Notes: a model not told the origin generated them from the letters alone. A stretch of 64,000 bases of DNA from Prolixibacteraceae bacterium (GCA_034003625.1 JAVEYG010000015.1:22726-86725), one strand, 5' to 3'; shown: positions 53,319-61,938, counted from the stretch's first letter. Numbers and translations: made by a program.

Positions 53319-53918
53319 ATGGGCTTAAGTTTTCATTACAGTGGCAGTATTGCCAAGCCGGAACTTTTACCGAAATTAATTGAAGAAGTTTTGGACATCG
53401 CCAAAATTTATGGCTGGAAAAATTCCATCTACGAAACTTCGTTCCCCAATAATTGCCTGTCGGGAATAACCGAATACAACGACACGATATTCGGCGTCAG
53501 CATTACCCCTCCCGCATGTGAAACAATCTTCTTTTGCTTTTTATCAAACGGAAGAATGAGCAGTCCGGCCCATTTGAAATTCTTTGGAAAATCTAAAGAT
53601 CAGGATGAAAGTCCCTTTCTATATTTGATTTCAGTAAAAACGCAGTTCAGCAATCCGTTGATTCATGCAACAATCATCCAAATCTTCAGGTATTTGAATC
53701 AACGCTATTTTTCAGATTTTCAGCTTTCGGACGAAGGGCAATACTGGGAAACCAATAATGAAGAAATCCTGAAGGCCAATTTTGCTAAATACGAGGCCTT
53801 GCTCGACAGCTTTTATCTTGGACTGGAAACTATACCAATGGAAGCGAACGAAAGTTTTGAAGACTATTTCAGGAGAATGTTTGAACTGATAGAAAAACGG
53901 GACAGAAATAACCAATAG
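53319..53918 (+). CDS. Hypothetical protein (199 aa)
   Basis: Same strand, 62 nt after the previous gene. No motif recognised. Confidence 0.55.
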   Translation: MGLSFHYSGSIAKPELLPKLIEEVLDIAKIYGWKNSIYETSFPNNCLSGITEYNDTIFGVSITPPACETIFFCFLSNGRMSSPAHLKFFGKSKDQDESPFLYLISVKTQFSNPLIHATIIQIFRYLNQRYFSDFQLSDEGQYWETNNEEILKANFAKYEALLDSFYLGLETIPMEANESFEDYFRRMFELIEKRDRNNQ

Positions 53919-53929
53919 CGAATTGAAAC

Positions 53930-54412
53930 ATGTTCGACGACGAAAAAGATATTGATCCATGCGACTTACCCATCTATAAAAAGGGTGAAGAAATATTCCA
54001 GGTAGTTAACCAGATATGTCAGCTTATTGACGATGAAGACCAGTACCTGGGGCATGTTAAAAGCATTATGCTCGAAGACGCCATGTTGCTAACGGTAAAA
54101 GTGGCCGGAGCTACCGGTGGTCAGTTATACGACATCAAAATGGAATGTGCAGCCATCATTCGCAAAGCTGCCAGAGAACTGATGATTCAGAACCATTCTC
54201 TGGAAATGTTTGGGTTCGAGCATGTGGAATATTACCAGATTGTGCAGAATTTAATTGAAGAATACCGCTTGCTGTTTATTGATTGGGTAGCCGGTTTTGA
54301 CAAGTGGGATTATATCATTGACCGGTGGGGACTTTTTAATCCACCGGGAGTTTCGCCCTTTGACAAGGATCCTGATGACGACATTCCTTATAATCCTGAC
54401 GAGGAATTTTGA
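53930..54412 (+). CDS. Hypothetical helical or acidic protein (160 aa)
   Basis: Starts 11 nt after the previous gene. It has an acidic C-terminal tail (DKDPDDDIPYNPDEEF). Confidence 0.55.
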   Translation: MFDDEKDIDPCDLPIYKKGEEIFQVVNQICQLIDDEDQYLGHVKSIMLEDAMLLTVKVAGATGGQLYDIKMECAAIIRKAARELMIQNHSLEMFGFEHVEYYQIVQNLIEEYRLLFIDWVAGFDKWDYIIDRWGLFNPPGVSPFDKDPDDDIPYNPDEEF

Positions 54413-54737
54413 TTTGAAGTTGAATTTTGTATTGTTGCGCGAAGACTAGAATGATTGATTTCAAGATTTTATTTCCATAATGCACTATTTTTGCTGCAAA
54501 ACAGAAATAGAATAAGTGAATTTCTGAAGTCTTAACAAAAAGAGAGATCAAAGCGATATAGCCTATCTTATAACTTCATTGTCAAACCCCTTTTACTTTA
54601 ACTCTCATTTAAACAGTGATTAATCGGAACCAGTCACGATAGTCCTATTCTTAAAAAGAATAATAAAAGTATTTATAGATAAAATATTAGCTATAAATAG
54701 TGTTTTTGATTATATTTGGATAATATTTTAACCAAAT

Positions 54738-55013
54738 ATGATGTATTCATTAGAACCAACTCCTCTGGAGGTAAGTAAAGCATTGGCTGAACGGCACCGT
54801 ACATTGCGAAAGCAGTTAAAAATGTCACAGGAAGAAATGGCCGAACGTTCAGGTGTATCCCTGGGCACTTTAAAGCGTTTTGAGAATACCGGGAAAATAT
54901 CGCTGGATTCATTACTGAAACTGATGCATCTTTTGGGACGTTTGGATGAATTTGACAAACTCCTGCTTCCAAAGGAAAATCTTGAGGATGTTAAGAAACT
55001 ATTTACAGAATAG
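54738..55013 (+). CDS. hipB: XRE-family HTH antitoxin (HipB-like)
   Basis: LRKQLKMSQEEMAERSGVSLGTLKRFENTGKISLDSLLKL. It ends 3 nt before the hipA-like gene. Confidence 0.75.
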   Translation: MMYSLEPTPLEVSKALAERHRTLRKQLKMSQEEMAERSGVSLGTLKRFENTGKISLDSLLKLMHLLGRLDEFDKLLLPKENLEDVKKLFTE

Positions 55014-55016
55014 ACA

Positions 55017-56246
55017 ATGGCTGGTATCAATAAATTATTTGTATCGCTGCTTCTCGAAGGAAACAGCTTTGAAGTTGGAGAACTGGTGCTTTCCTATCCA
55101 AAGATATATTTCAGGTACAATACTGATTTCCTCAAAACAGGACTTAATCTTTCGCCGATAAAGCTTCCATTTACTGATGATATAGTGAGCACCGACAAAC
55201 AACCATTTGACGGGTTGTTTGGGGTATTCAATGACTCATTACCTGACGGCTGGGGCAGGCTGTTGCTGGATCGCTCCTTATCTGCCAAAGGAATTGATAT
55301 TGCAAGGATAACACCGTTGGACCGGTTGGCATATGTCGGATCGCAAGGAATGGGGGCTCTTAGTTACAGACCTGAGATCAAGCCAGAAAAGACAACGGAA
55401 TTTGTTCCTGAACTGGACATCCTTGCTGCTGAAATGAACCACATACTACAAGGCACCAGCTCTGAGATTATCGAGGAATTGTTTATCCTGGGCGGTTCTT
55501 CCGGTGGCGCCAGACCCAAAATTTTTGCGGCTTACAATCCGGAGACCAACGATCTGTTACACGGTGTGGACAACATCCCTGAAGGTTATGAAGAATGGAT
55601 CATCAAATTTCCCTCATCTTCAGATAACAGGGAAATCGCCAATATCGAATTTGCTTACCACAAAATGGCACTTCTGGCTGGCATAGAAATGAGTGCATGT
55701 CGCCTTTTCAGGGGAAAATCAGGACAGGTATATTTTGGGACAAAGCGGTTTGACCGGGTCGCTGGTAAACGACTGCACACACATACCGCGTCAGGCCTTA
55801 TGCACGACAATTTCAGGATGAGTACAATGGATTACGGGCATCTGATGGATTGTGCTTTCCGCCTGGAAAAACACGTGAAAGCATACGAAAAAGTATTCAA
55901 GCTGGCAGCATTCAACGTGTATTCGCATAACCGGGACGACCATAGCAAGAACTTCTCATTCCTGATGGACGCCAAAGGCGAATGGCAGTTTGCCCCGGCA
56001 TACGACCTGACCTTTTCCTATTCCGGCTATGGGTTTCACAGTACCATGATTGCCGGGGAAAGTAAAAATCCGGGACGAAAGGAACTCATGAAACTAGCCA
56101 CACATTTCGGATTGAAAAATGCAAGCCTTATTATCGAAGAGGTTCAGGAGGCTATAAGCCAATGGGGAGCAATCGCTGGGGAATATGAAATAACAGGGGA
56201 AACAAGAAACGCTGTTCAGACAGCAATGGATAAGATCAGGGATTAA
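55017..56246 (+). CDS. hipA: HipA-family serine/threonine kinase toxin
   Basis: SLPDGWGRLLLDR (HipA N-terminal coupling motif), GGSSGGARPKI (P-loop-like) and the catalytic NRDDHSKNFSF. Confidence 0.85.
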   Translation: MAGINKLFVSLLLEGNSFEVGELVLSYPKIYFRYNTDFLKTGLNLSPIKLPFTDDIVSTDKQPFDGLFGVFNDSLPDGWGRLLLDRSLSAKGIDIARITPLDRLAYVGSQGMGALSYRPEIKPEKTTEFVPELDILAAEMNHILQGTSSEIIEELFILGGSSGGARPKIFAAYNPETNDLLHGVDNIPEGYEEWIIKFPSSSDNREIANIEFAYHKMALLAGIEMSACRLFRGKSGQVYFGTKRFDRVAGKRLHTHTASGLMHDNFRMSTMDYGHLMDCAFRLEKHVKAYEKVFKLAAFNVYSHNRDDHSKNFSFLMDAKGEWQFAPAYDLTFSYSGYGFHSTMIAGESKNPGRKELMKLATHFGLKNASLIIEEVQEAISQWGAIAGEYEITGETRNAVQTAMDKIRD

Positions 56247-56372
56247 TGAATTTCGCTTGCGTCCTTTTGTCCAACAAAACAACTTATGACAGTTAGTACA
56301 TTCTATAAATTGGCAGCAAACTGAAAATAGTGCCAAAAATTTGATCGTAATTATAAAAATTAGCGTTGCATT

Positions 56373-56404
56373 TTGTCCCGTTTTTTACGTAAAAAACGGG
56401 ACAA
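56373..56404. terminator. Bidirectional terminator between the convergent hipA genes
   Basis: Near-perfect palindrome TTGTCCCGTTTTTTACGTAAAAAACGGGACAA. Confidence 0.6.
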
Positions 56405-56741
56405 ACATACCTTCTCCTGATTGATCACGACAAGGATGATAAAGGCTATCTCAATGCAATAGATGTCTATTCAAGCAATTGATATTCAGCATTAATTGCA
56501 GAATAAAATAGTAACAGAACAACAGAATTTAAGAGTAATAGCACAGCCGAGGTATCACAAGTAATCGTGTTGGATCAAAAAGAGGTTTTCCCGCTCATCT
56601 TTTGATGTTCCTATTTCGAGACACAAGCATACTAACACATTTATTGCACAATATCATTGCAAATGTTATTGTGCATTTTCTATGATAACATATTGGAATA
56701 TAATACTTATAGTCAATAAAATTGACTATCGCCTTCAATCC

Positions 56742-57989
56742 TCATATCTTAAAGGCAGCTGACATCAGTATCTGCTCGCTACGCGTTATGCCGATGTGAT
56801 CGGCTAATCTTTGCCAGCCAGACACCACAGACTTTACCTCGTCCAGAATCACATCCGTTTCCTTTTCTCCCAGACGGAAATAAGGACCTACGCTTTTGGC
56901 AAGCTCAATATCAAGTATGTTGTTTTCCATATCGATATTCAATGCAAGTCCGTCTTTGTCAATTGACGGATTTATATCATAAGCCGGGGACAAACGCCAG
57001 CCTTCATTTGTCAGAATAAATCCGTGATTTCTTAAATGATCATCTGTGTTAGAGATGAGTATATTAAAAACAATCCTTCTCCAGAGTTGCCGCAGGTCTT
57101 CATCAACATGTGTTCCGGAGAATTGGATGAATTCTACAATGTCCAGATAGGAAGGAATATCGTCCCGGATAAGTTCTTCATTGTAGCCGGTCATTGTCAT
57201 TGCCGAAGCAAAGTGAATACGCTGTTGTTTATCCCGGTCAAATCGTTTGGTGAAAAACGTATCGTATTTCCCGGCAACATGTTCCAATCTGGATTCAGCC
57301 ATTTCGATGCCAGCATCAACAGCAAGCCGGTAAGCCAAGTATTCCCATGCTGCTTTGTTGATTGTGTCATTCTTCGAAGGAAATTTTGCAATCCACAGGT
57401 GACCATCCATATCCAAAATATTGGCTTTCGGCCTGGCACCTCCAAGTGAAGATCCGGGAGCCATCAGCATGGCCAGCCATTTTTTAATCTCTGATGTATT
57501 GATGTCGGATTCTATCAACTCTGCACTGTGCTGTAATTCCCTGATGCTCGTCCATGGTGGCGTTGGTGAAACCGGATCATTGTCAAGAAATTCCCCTTCG
57601 GGGTCTCTTTTAAACCGTAAAGCTCCCATCCTGCACAAATCATGTACTCCCAATAAATAATCGATATCATACAATGTAGGTGCAAGGCGACCTTCCTCTG
57701 TTGCATAGATTGCACTGCGCCTTTTCATTAGTGTTCGTCCCCATGTATCGGGCATGGAATCCAAGAATACGCCAAAATTATCCTTCCCATTTGGATATTG
57801 GCGCCCTTTATACCATGCAATGTCTGGATCGAGAAGTATTTGCTCCTGTGAGTTAATCCAGTCAGCATTGTACTCGAAACTATAGGCTTTTCGTCCTTTG
57901 GCCTGCTGTGCTGATAAAATTCCGACACATCTTGGGGAGGCTATACCTTTCCAATCAGCATATATCCAAATATCTGTTCTATCTGCCAT
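56742..57989 (-). CDS. hipA: HipA-family kinase toxin (second, diverged copy)
   Basis: SMPDTWGRTLMKRR, GSSLGGARPKA and NTDDHLRNHGF. Confidence 0.85.
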   Translation of the reverse strand: MADRTDIWIYADWKGIASPRCVGILSAQQAKGRKAYSFEYNADWINSQEQILLDPDIAWYKGRQYPNGKDNFGVFLDSMPDTWGRTLMKRRSAIYATEEGRLAPTLYDIDYLLGVHDLCRMGALRFKRDPEGEFLDNDPVSPTPPWTSIRELQHSAELIESDINTSEIKKWLAMLMAPGSSLGGARPKANILDMDGHLWIAKFPSKNDTINKAAWEYLAYRLAVDAGIEMAESRLEHVAGKYDTFFTKRFDRDKQQRIHFASAMTMTGYNEELIRDDIPSYLDIVEFIQFSGTHVDEDLRQLWRRIVFNILISNTDDHLRNHGFILTNEGWRLSPAYDINPSIDKDGLALNIDMENNILDIELAKSVGPYFRLGEKETDVILDEVKSVVSGWQRLADHIGITRSEQILMSAAFKI

Positions 57990-57992
57990 AGC

Positions 57993-58286
57993 TTATTTCC
58001 CCATTAACTTCAAGTCCTGCAATTTTCTTCCAAACTCATCATCGGCTGCCAGTTTCAGAAAGTCGTCCTGCAAGCCCAATACCCGGATAACATTGAAGTA
58101 TGCCCCCAATGCAACACTGGGGGTTCCCTTTTCAATGTGATAGAGTGTTGAGCGGTTTATACCAGCCCGTTCTGCAACCTGTATTGCTGTCAGATTCCGG
58201 CGCTTCCTCGCAAGTTTAATATTTTCACCCATCTGTTCCAGTATCTTCTGAAATTTCGGAAGTAAAATTTGTTTCTTTGTTTTCAT
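57993..58286 (-). CDS. hipB: XRE-family HTH antitoxin (HipB-like, second copy)
   Basis: RKRRNLTAIQVAERAGINRSTLYHIEKGTPSVALGAYFNVIRVLG. It ends 3 nt before its hipA-like gene. Confidence 0.75.
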   Translation of the reverse strand: MKTKKQILLPKFQKILEQMGENIKLARKRRNLTAIQVAERAGINRSTLYHIEKGTPSVALGAYFNVIRVLGLQDDFLKLAADDEFGRKLQDLKLMGK

Positions 58287-58546
58287 TAAATGTTGCTTAT
58301 TATCAACAAATATAAATGAAATGTATTAAATAAACAACACTAGACGAAACTTCCGATCATGAGTACCTTTTATTTTCTTTGCCAATTTCATTGAAACAGT
58401 TCTGGAATAGTAATTTTCACAAGTGGTAGTAAATTGCACTATTCTTAAAGTAAAAAGTATAATATTCGGTCAAAACTATTTCTACTTAATAATCAATCAA
58501 ATAGTAACTACCAGAACCGAAAAATCATTTTCTCTTCCGGATTGCT

Positions 58547-60133
58547 TTATTCCTTCGAAACAGATTCAATTTCAATCTTCAGAAACCGGAATGCTTCTTT
58601 TTTTAATGATCCCGGGAAACGCCTGATGATGGTCGAATTGACTATGATTGCACCACCTGCATTCAGGGAACAGGTTACTGGGTTGCAATTCTCAACAATG
58701 GTTATTCGTTCATTTTCACTGTGCTGCTTTTTGTGCGATCCCGGAATAATCTGCATTGAAAGCTGCTTTATTTTTGGTTGAGAAAGAAGAACAATCAATT
58801 CGAGCTTAGAATTCCCATATTGGTTAAACTCGCAGAAATGCTCAGGTATTTTCTCGTAGTAATTCACTGCATTTATCGTAAATGAGCCAACCAATTGGTT
58901 GACAACTTTCTCTACAGAAGGAGTAAAAAGTATTGATCTTATGCTTTTATCAATACCAACATCAATCACCTTTGGCTCCACCGAAGCATTGACAGGAAAA
59001 TCAGTTTTTGATAATGCCAGGGCCAGTTGGTTTATGCTTCTCCTGGAATAGAGTTGATTCACCGTGCAAAATCCGTTTTGAGCATATTTTCTGCCAAGCG
59101 ACACAATTCCTTTCTCGGTAATCGATGTATTGTACAAATCGAGGGCATTGGTCAACCTTTCAGTGATATTCGCCCGCAGGCGGTCAGGTGAAAGAACAAC
59201 AACTCCATCGCCCAACCCCAGAATTTCCTTTTCCAGTTCAAAATTGTGTTGAACTTCCAGCGAAACAGTGATTCCATATTCGTTGTCATCAATCAGCTTC
59301 TGCGAAGGATGCAACGGTTTGGTCAGCACATAGGGAGCATGTTTTCGGGTAACAAACAGCACGATATTTTCAGCTTTAGCACCATGATTCACCGTTACGC
59401 CAATTACATTTTTATAATACACTTCAGCATCAAAAACAATTTCATCAGTAAACACTTTCTCTGTATTTCGGACTTCAATAATCCGGTCGATGGCTAGGTT
59501 AAACAGGGGATGAGCATTGTTCTTTGAGCCAATCAGGAACCAACGGTTGCGGAACTCCTTTAAAAGATAAGGGTAAAACGCAAAAGTACCTGCCTGCCGG
59601 GCAGTAAATGACTGGTAGGTGATTTCGAGTATGTTCTTTCGGATAATAGCCTGGTAAAGCTTTTCAAGGAATTCAATTCCCTTTAAATCTTCGTTTTTTT
59701 CGAAGTCAATAACCGGCTTGCGGTTTACTTTCTGCGAGTAAATATGGTCTTCAAGCTTTTGTACCATCGATTCCAGTTCCCTGAAATGAGAGAATCCCTT
59801 GAACTGCTTCAGGAAATCAACTGTCTCTGTTAATTTATCCAGATCGCCTTCCGAAAGCGGGATATTCATAATACTATAGTTTGCGTCTTCGTAGGTATAG
59901 TATTTTTTCTCTGAAATCACTATCGGGGCATTGTAACCCAGCTTATCGCTCCGCATTAACTGAATATCCATCTGAACAGTTCGCCTGCTCACTCCTTTAT
60001 CGATTCCTTCATATTCATACAAAGCGTCCGAACAGGCATCTATTAAATCGTCCAAGGTCCATCTCCGGTAACGGTTCTGAAGGCATAAATCAATGGTTTT
60101 GTATCGTATAAGCGCATTTCGATTGACTGGCAT
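58547..60133 (-). CDS. HTH-WYL domain transcriptional regulator with an extra ~190-aa C-terminal domain
   Basis: The likely start is ATG 60131-60133 (MPVNRNALIRYKTIDLCLQNRYRRWTLDDL..). A winged HTH is followed by a WYL-like core (FAFYPYLLKEFRNRWFLIG). The C-terminal extension contains IIPGSHKK. The ORF-track start 60214 would cover the promoter palindromes. Confidence 0.75.
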   Translation of the reverse strand: MPVNRNALIRYKTIDLCLQNRYRRWTLDDLIDACSDALYEYEGIDKGVSRRTVQMDIQLMRSDKLGYNAPIVISEKKYYTYEDANYSIMNIPLSEGDLDKLTETVDFLKQFKGFSHFRELESMVQKLEDHIYSQKVNRKPVIDFEKNEDLKGIEFLEKLYQAIIRKNILEITYQSFTARQAGTFAFYPYLLKEFRNRWFLIGSKNNAHPLFNLAIDRIIEVRNTEKVFTDEIVFDAEVYYKNVIGVTVNHGAKAENIVLFVTRKHAPYVLTKPLHPSQKLIDDNEYGITVSLEVQHNFELEKEILGLGDGVVVLSPDRLRANITERLTNALDLYNTSITEKGIVSLGRKYAQNGFCTVNQLYSRRSINQLALALSKTDFPVNASVEPKVIDVGIDKSIRSILFTPSVEKVVNQLVGSFTINAVNYYEKIPEHFCEFNQYGNSKLELIVLLSQPKIKQLSMQIIPGSHKKQHSENERITIVENCNPVTCSLNAGGAIIVNSTIIRRFPGSLKKEAFRFLKIEIESVSKE

Positions 60134-60141
60134 AATATTTT

Positions 60142-60192
60142 TGCATAAAAATATGCACTTTTTTTCTACTGCGCAAAAAGACTGCGCAGTAG
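60142..60192. promoter_or_regulatory. Divergent promoter/operator region: a TAnnTTTG-like -7 box and two palindromes
   Basis: TATTTTTG at 60136-60143 (plus strand). Palindrome 1 is TGCATA-aaaa-TATGCA at 60142-60157. Palindrome 2 is CTACTGCGCA-n7-TGCGCAGTAG at 60166-60192. Confidence 0.45.
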
Positions 60193-60397
60193 AGTTCCAC
60201 CTTTGTTCCATCAATTGATGACAACAAGTTCTTTGAACAATTAAGATACAGTGCTGCCGGCACTAAAAATCTTCCTGAAAAGGGAGCGCGGTGAAAAGCC
60301 AAAGGTAAAAGACCGGACGTGGGTTTCCATACAGCCCCGTAGTGCGGTATTCAATCGAATAACCGTATGCTGCTTTGCCCCAGGTTGTTTTACACCA

Positions 60398-60462
60398 CTT
60401 GTCTGTTGGAGGTTCGAATCCTCCTCCCCTGTAACGGGATAACTCAACGGTAGAGTAACAAG
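60398..60462 (+). ncRNA. Circularly permuted tRNA-like module (YrlA/Y-RNA-like tRNA mimic)
   Basis: CTTGT (60398-60402) pairs with ACAAG (60458-60462). Next comes a 5-nt variable-like CTGTT. The T-arm is GGAGG-TTCGAAT-CCTCC (60408-60424). The capped acceptor-like stem is TCCC-ctgtaac-GGGA (60425-60439). TA sits at the U8/A9 position. The D-arm is ACTC-aacGGta-GAGT (60442-60456), followed by A at position 26. The full transcript ends are unknown. Confidence 0.6.
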
Positions 60463-60644
60463 CACCACCCAGGAACTGCGTCTGGTAAACGCAATGGAGT
60501 TAGATTCCAAAAAAGAAGAAGGTCGCTTCTGAAAAAGACTGCAGAGAGTTGTGCCGGGAAGCCCGCTGTTTAGCCCGTTCCAAATGGCTAAATGGCAATT
60601 TTGAAATGCCTGAAAACAGGACCCAACCTATAACATCATTTGCT

Positions 60645-60709
60645 TTTGGGTGAAGCATCTGCATCGGGGAGTTTTAACAGAAACGCCTGATGCTGCCCCT
60701 ACACCCAAA
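60645..60709 (+). ncRNA. Second structured element in the rtcB-operon leader
   Basis: The outer 8-bp stem is TTTGGGTG (60645-60652) with CACCCAAA (60702-60709). The inner stem is GCATCGGG (60661-60668) with CCTGATGC (60686-60693). A duplicated GCATC (60655 and 60661) competes for the single GATGC. Confidence 0.35.
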
Positions 60710-60819
60710 CTGATTGATTGTGAACGCGAATAGCCCTGTCTTTCCGCTATGGAGAAATGGTTTTCCCGGCAAGCTTTCTTTAAAAGAAATAAGATTTAAT
60801 AATAATAAAAACCAAAACA

Positions 60820-61920
60820 ATGAAAAGACAAAGAATCAACAGAGGAACAGTCGGATTGGTATTCCGAAAAGGCGACTACAAACGCATCATCACCGAAGGA
60901 TTACATTGGTTAGGATTCAATGAAGAGGTGAAAGTCTATAACTTAGCCAAACCTTTTACTCCTGAAGTTGAATTAAACCTGTTACTGAAAGATGCTGAAT
61001 TGGCTGAACGTTTAACTGTAGTTGAAGTAAAAGACCATGAAATAGCTCTTCAGTTTATCGAAGGAAACTTCAAAAATGTGCTTACCCCAGGTCGTTATGC
61101 CTTCTGGAAAGGAATAACCAATTACACATTTACAACGGTTGATTTAAGCAAAATTGAAATTTCGGAAAATATACCCATTCAACTGTTGCACAAAGCAGAA
61201 GTTTTGCAATATGTACGGGTTTATGTGGTTGAATCATACGAAAAAGGAGTTTTGATGATTAACGGGAAAGCTGAGAAGGTTTTGGAAAAAGGAGTTTACT
61301 ACTTCTGGAAAAACCCAATCCCAATTTCAGTAATCAAAACCGATTTGCGACAATTGCAGTTGGAAATATCAGGACAGGAAATCCTGACCAAAGACAAGGC
61401 AGCATTACGGGTAAATTTCTTTGTCCGTTACAAAACGGTTGATATTGACAAAGCTTTGTTTGAAAACAAAGAATTCGATAAGCAACTTTACGTGATGGTT
61501 CAGTTGGCCATCCGTGAATTTATCGGGACGAACACATTGGACGAACTGCTTGAGCTAAAAATATCGGTTTCAGAATCTATCCTGATGGCGATCACTCCTA
61601 AAACAGCCGAAATTGGCGTGGAAATTTTGGACTGCGGTATTCGTGATATTATTTTGCCCGGCGAGGTGAAAGACATCATGAACCAGGTGCTTGTTGCCGA
61701 GAAGAAGGCACAGGCCAACATCATTACCAGAAGGGAGGAAACAGCCTCAACCCGGAGTTTGCTGAATACCGCCAAACTCATGGAAGAAAACGCCATGCTT
61801 TTTAAGCTCAAAGAAATGGAGTATCTGGAACGGATTACCGAAAAGGTTAACAATATTTCGCTTTCCGGCGGAGGGCTTGTGCTGGACCAGTTGAAAGGAC
61901 TGTTCGTTTCTCAAAAGTAA
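60820..61920 (+). CDS. Soluble SPFH/band-7 (slipin-like) protein
   Basis: 366 aa with no N-terminal TM. The SPFC-like core includes LTKDKAALRVNFFVRYK and IREFIGTNTLDELL. It is followed by GIRDIILPGEVKDIMNQVLVAEKKAQANIITRREE, the band-7 C-terminal helix. Confidence 0.7.
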   Translation: MKRQRINRGTVGLVFRKGDYKRIITEGLHWLGFNEEVKVYNLAKPFTPEVELNLLLKDAELAERLTVVEVKDHEIALQFIEGNFKNVLTPGRYAFWKGITNYTFTTVDLSKIEISENIPIQLLHKAEVLQYVRVYVVESYEKGVLMINGKAEKVLEKGVYYFWKNPIPISVIKTDLRQLQLEISGQEILTKDKAALRVNFFVRYKTVDIDKALFENKEFDKQLYVMVQLAIREFIGTNTLDELLELKISVSESILMAITPKTAEIGVEILDCGIRDIILPGEVKDIMNQVLVAEKKAQANIITRREETASTRSLLNTAKLMEENAMLFKLKEMEYLERITEKVNNISLSGGGLVLDQLKGLFVSQK

Positions 61921-61938
61921 ACGTATTATTTTCTTAAT

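Noticed and set aside
60134-60214. ORF-track start of the WYL regulator at 60214 (MMEQRWNSTAQSFCAVEKK..)
   Set aside because: The family-typical N-terminus MPVNRNALIRYKT begins at ATG 60133. The extension would cover the palindromic operator and promoter sequences.
60241-60510. Minus-strand ORF 60241-60510 (89 aa) and plus-strand ORF 60251-60442 overlapping the tRNA-like element
   Set aside because: They overlap each other and the structured RNA region. There are no coding features, and the region is better explained as ncRNA or leader.
60497-60535. Hairpin AGAAG-gtcg-CTTCT that, read on the minus strand, is followed by a T-run and so looks like a terminator
   Set aside because: No minus-strand gene or convincing RNA ends there. 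On the plus strand it lacks a T-tract. I left it as part of the structured leader rather than calling it a terminator.
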